Shown piece after piece: positions 61,001-64,000 of a stretch of DNA of 64,000 bases. Position 1 is the first letter of the stretch. The number at the start of each line of letters is the position of its first letter. This DNA comes from Candidatus Marinacidobacterales bacterium (GTDB lineage: Bacteria; Acidobacteriota; Vicinamibacteria; Marinacidobacterales; DATDRI01). Made by a program: the position numbers and the translations under genes. The notes beneath the pieces are model-generated. The model worked only from the letters and a program-made list of their open reading frames with translations. It had not been told where the DNA came from and searched no databases. The stretch lies in contig CBDCNP010000002.1 of NCBI GenBank assembly GCA_965219415.1, forward strand, positions 5,472,001 to 5,536,000. Direction: 5' to 3'.

Positions 61001-62749
61001 AACAACCCCAACGTCGACTATCCCGAGCTTCAGAAGCGCGTCGGCGAAACCTATGCCGCACGGTCTGGCGCCGCGAACAAGAACAGCCTCTACGATACCT
61101 ACAAGATGGCGATCCGCTGGGCGTCGGACCGGATCGGCGACCAGGGCGTCGTTGCCTTGGTCACCAACGGCTCCTGGATAGACGGCAACGTGGATTCGGG
61201 CGTTCGCGCCTGTCTGGCCGAGGAGTTTAGTTCGATTTATGTACTAAACCTGCGGGGGAATGCGAGGACGTCTGGGAAGTTGCGCCGTGAGGAGGGTGAC
61301 AACGTATTCGGCCAGGGCTCCCGGGCACCGGTTGCAATCACAATCCTGGTCCGCAACCCGGATGCCACTCACAGCGGCTGTCACATCCGCTACCGCGATG
61401 TCGGCGACTATCTGAAGCGCGAGGAGAAACTGGCGATCCTGCGCAAGGCGGGCTCTATCACAGGTATTGAGGACTGGCGGACGATTGAGCCAGACCGGCA
61501 TCACGACTGGATCGGCCAGCGCAGCGATGCGTTCCAAAGGCTCTATCCGATGGGGTCGAAGGGCGCGAAGGCCGGCAAGGCGGGCGATGCGATCTTCAAG
61601 CTGTACAGCAATGGTTATTACACTGGTAAGGATCCTTACATTTACAATTTCTCGCGCGCCGCCTGTGTGGCGAATGCCCGCGCGATGGTGGGCGATTATC
61701 AGGACGCCATGGAAGTTCGGAAAGAACATCAGGAGTACACAATTAACGACGTAACAAAAATTCATTCAGAAAATGCCAAATGGGACCAAACTCTCAAAGC
61801 CAGATTCCAAGCTGGGCGGCAAGCAAAATTTTCATCAGATCATATTCGACGAGTTGCATATCGCCCCTTTGTTGCAACGCACTGCTATGCGGATGACCTA
61901 TTTTCCAAGAGGCCGGGGATAAGGGGCACTATGTTTCCCGATGCCGCGCACGACAACCGCGCGATCTGCGTTCCGGGTGTCGGCTCGACTAAACCTTTCT
62001 CAGCCCTCATGGTCGACACGATGCCAGATCTACACTTCGTCGCCTTCGGCCAATGCTTCCCGCGCTACCGTTTCCAGGAACCGACGGATGCGCAGGGCGC
62101 GCTGCCGGGTATCGGACCGAAGTTGGAACGGATCGACAACATCACGGAAACCGCACTACGTACCTTTCGCGTTCGCTATGACGACAACACGATCACGAAG
62201 GACCTGACCTTCGATTACGTCTACGGCGTGCTCCATGCGCCGGGCTACCGCGAACGCTTTGCCAACGACTTGGCGAAAGAACTGCCGCGTATCCCCTTGG
62301 CGGACGATTTCCATTCGTTCGCGAGGGCGGGACGTGAACTGACGGAGCTTCATTTGGGGTATGAAACCTGCGAGGAATATCCGCTCGAATGCGTGCTCGC
62401 ACATGAAGGGAAAGCACGGCCCGAGGATTTCCGCATTGGCGAGCGGGCGATGCGATATTCCGATGACGACAGGACAGTCCTCATCGTCGACGACCATCTC
62501 CGGCTCGGCAGGATCCCGCCAGAGGCGCACCAGTACCAGGTCAACGGGCGGACACCGCTAGAATGGTTCATTGACCGCTACCGAATCACTCGGGACAAGG
62601 AAAGCGGTATCGTCAACGACCCCAATGCTTGGTTCGACGATCCACGCGAACTGATCGCGGTGATCTGCCGCATCATCCATGTCAGCGTGGAATCAACGCG
62701 CATCGTCGAGAGATTGCCCGAACCGATCTTGGAGCCGAAGCACTTGTAG
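58019..62749 (+). CDS. Type ISP restriction-modification enzyme (LlaGI/LlaBIII-like), 1576 aa
   Basis: Mrr-like DTGIDLVA..IQCKCY; SF2 MACGTGKT, DEAH, MTATP, EGIDVP, QAVGRVMR; MTase LDPFTGTG, GNPPW; C-terminal YRPF..LPRIP..GRTPLEW. Confidence 0.93.
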   Translation: MTDGFQRTLDHIRSIADSEAEKGRLFERLMKTYFVKDPLYKERFSKVWLWSEWANLKQGFDGADTGIDLVAEEREGGYCAIQCKCYAPGTQISKPHLDSFISASARDPFTTRIVVDTGDGWGPNAVKTITPLKPACTVLRFGDLASRPFDWPDLIHDEPEDLSFRHEPFSLRPHQKLAFDDVTGGFNDHDRGKLIMACGTGKTFAALRIAEAVAGIGGRVLYLVPSISLFQQSMREWATQRSIPHRYIGICSDTRAGRNDEDASLQELEIPVTTDPKAISQVLREARPDAMTVVYCTYHSLGIVENAQDDGAPAFDIVLCDEAHRTTGVERPGDKTSPFVLVHDEQRIRAAKRLYMTATPRLYTEGAKAKAASHDVEVFSMDDPATYGPELHRLPFSRAVEQDLLSDYKVVVLAMSEQHVDSALQAHLASGDSEINITDAAKIVGCWRALQNPENKRLSDASIQHLTRAIAFTNTIVSSKRLEAHWDGIVGHAIDLLHEAERPDAFRCKTRHVDGQHHALERKARIEWLKADSEGTCRILSNARCLSEGIDVPALDAVLFMNPKNSQVDIVQAVGRVMRKAEGKQYGYIVLPVAVPAGVDPAAALDDNERFAVVWSVLRALRSHDDRFDAEINKIDLNDTPTDRIIFSGDGLDGQGTPELPFPPLDLPPGAIFSKVVERCGDRKYWETWARDVADIFSRLVHRIEALLASPDNETLRDWFDAFHEELKVSINASISRDSAIEMMAQHTLTRPVFEALFEHYDFAAGNPVAQALDSLGRDFGEFGLENETRDLERFYESVRMRARGLDNSEARQHVLMELYEKFFSTALKKDADRLGIVYTPVEVVDFIVNSADHVVRQEFGRSLSDEGVHLLDPFTGTGIFLVRLLQSALIRDTDLKRKYHGELHANELVLLAYYIAAIHIEEAFHGRRGPDSAYAPFDGIVLTDTFNLYTDRTGFPKAWLPDNSERAERQQDLPIQVIVGNPPWSAGQRSSADNNPNVDYPELQKRVGETYAARSGAANKNSLYDTYKMAIRWASDRIGDQGVVALVTNGSWIDGNVDSGVRACLAEEFSSIYVLNLRGNARTSGKLRREEGDNVFGQGSRAPVAITILVRNPDATHSGCHIRYRDVGDYLKREEKLAILRKAGSITGIEDWRTIEPDRHHDWIGQRSDAFQRLYPMGSKGAKAGKAGDAIFKLYSNGYYTGKDPYIYNFSRAACVANARAMVGDYQDAMEVRKEHQEYTINDVTKIHSENAKWDQTLKARFQAGRQAKFSSDHIRRVAYRPFVATHCYADDLFSKRPGIRGTMFPDAAHDNRAICVPGVGSTKPFSALMVDTMPDLHFVAFGQCFPRYRFQEPTDAQGALPGIGPKLERIDNITETALRTFRVRYDDNTITKDLTFDYVYGVLHAPGYRERFANDLAKELPRIPLADDFHSFARAGRELTELHLGYETCEEYPLECVLAHEGKARPEDFRIGERAMRYSDDDRTVLIVDDHLRLGRIPPEAHQYQVNGRTPLEWFIDRYRITRDKESGIVNDPNAWFDDPRELIAVICRIIHVSVESTRIVERLPEPILEPKHL

Positions 62750-62847
62750 AGCATGGGAGTCGGCCGCACAGATGCGACCAGCGTAACAATCCCGAATCGG
62801 ATGGGTCGCATGAGTCGGCAGAAGCAAGGGCGTAGGACGGAGGCCCG

Positions 62848-63039
62848 TGTGCTCCGCAAAACGTCGATCCGGCGTTGATTGAGCGGTTTAGAGCTGCCAT
62901 GCTCGGTTGCTTCGTGCTGTTCGACCCGACGATTTCACCGGCGTCTTATGAACGTGGGGCGGCTCGCTCTTGCGACTGTTTTCCGAATATCCGGTCTATT
63001 GTTCTGGACGCTAGGACTGACCTGTGCCTTCTATTTATT
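62848..63039 (+). repeat. End E long copy followed by end F (63023)
   Basis: Matches 57465-57632rc; F is interrupted by ISL3 after TATTTATT. Confidence 0.75.
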
Positions 63040-63265
63040 GGGTTTACGCGGATTCGTGTGGGTAAGTTCTGACGGAAAAACAGTGTAACTCATTGTGTGG
63101 AAAAGGTATCGAGTACTTTCATCAGGTGCTGAAAAGTGGTCCATTTTTAGGATAGGCTAACCGAGTGAAAAATTCCCAGTCGATTCGCTCGCTGTTTGCG
63201 CTGCCAGGTTTCGTGGTTGGTGCCGGATTGAAGGGTCTATTCGGTGACCGATACGCCCGCGTCAT
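63040..63265 (+). mobile_element. ISL3 left-end fragment, same element as 1-572
   Basis: Near-identical to the reverse complement of about 348-572; cut by end B. Confidence 0.85.
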
Positions 63266-63585
63266 CCCGTCCTGTGCCCAAACTCGGCCCTTTTGAAAGA
63301 CCATGGCTGTAATTTAATGCACTGTAAAGTCTTAGCGTCATTTTACCAACACTGAATGGCGGAAGCACCCATGAGGTCTGTGTGAGCGGCAGGGCTGCCC
63401 GATCGAACAACGGTTGCCTGACCAACAGTAGGAATTGCACATGGTACGTCATGATGGGATCCGAAGATAACACCCTCGGGCCAGACGATTGTAAAGCCCA
63501 CGGCCCTTGGCACCATCGCAATACACAGACGCTAAGCTGCTGATTTATCGGCTATTTCAAGAGGGCCGAGTTTTGGCACAGGACG

Positions 63586-63837
63586 GGGTACGCCACCGCG
63601 CGTGTCGAGAGACCAGATGCGGGTCGAAAGAGGCAGAGAGATTCTCTGCGTTCTTCGCGGGGGAGACGGGAGCGGGTTGTGCGATCCGGTTCTTCCCCGA
63701 GCACCAGACCAGTAGGGTCTGACCGGGAGCCAGGGTTGTATCCGGGAAAACCCACTTCTTGGGCTGCCCCACGTCGTCGCTGAGACCGAAACCGCCGAGA
63801 TTGAGCGGGCGGCTTCCTATGTTTACCAGCTCGACCC
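63586..63837 (-). pseudogene. Lamin-tail-domain (LTD) fragment between two inverted B ends
   Basis: VELVNIGS..LNLGGFGLSDD....KWVFP.TTLAPGQ.LLVW. Confidence 0.65.
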
Positions 63838-64000
63838 CGTCCTGTGCCAAAACTCAGCCCTTTTGAAATAGACCACAAATCAGCAGCTTAGACGCCCTTG
63901 GAATCCGCGCAGAATCGAGGGTATTTCGCGCCCGTTGTGTCAAAAACACAAACGCACTCAAGACCCACGCGCCGGGACGTTCTGGGATGATTTTGCCGGG

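Noticed and set aside
998-63990. Integron with attC cassettes
   Set aside because: No IntI and no RYYYAAC...GTTRRRY attC structures; cargo is in mixed orientation and often truncated
1-64000. CRISPR array, rRNA or tRNA
   Set aside because: No regularly spaced repeat-spacer run and no cloverleaf or rRNA signature seen; repeats are dispersed element ends

Overview
A GC-rich (roughly 60%), extremely IS-dense accessory region with no rRNA, tRNA or CRISPR array. Short cargo blocks are separated by intact or broken insertion sequences (IS256, IS5, IS3, IS110/IS1111, ISL3, IS6, IS21, IS1595, ISNCY) and by about 40 copies of five recurring element ends (here called A, B, C, E, F) that sit at most gene-truncation points. 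Cargo includes a SagB-type dehydrogenase, a HigB/HigA-ImmA toxin-antitoxin pair, an amidohydrolase, an S8 peptidase, a DUF4399 lipoprotein, a carbamoyltransferase-SxtJ-SxtK-like triad, a type I R-M system with a frameshifted hsdR, HU, a class I glutamine amidotransferase, an Nramp-like transporter with a molybdopterin oxidoreductase, a Sel1-repeat protein, a TolB-propeller/CehA-McbA hydrolase and an apparently intact type ISP R-M enzyme. The best-supported novel observation is an IS1111-group IS110 element (10483-11927) inserted into the terminal repeat of another element. Its 3' non-coding region contains readable guide segments for both that target and its own circle junction, i.e. a bridge/seek RNA aimed at a mobile-element end, and two empty target copies are present in the window. 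Other observations are a group II intron 5' end in a different element's terminus, a 14-bp duplication around an IS3, two IS-free intragenic inversions, and a low-GC patch in the type ISP recognition domain. All calls come from reading motifs by eye. Several frameshifts could be sequencing or consensus errors.
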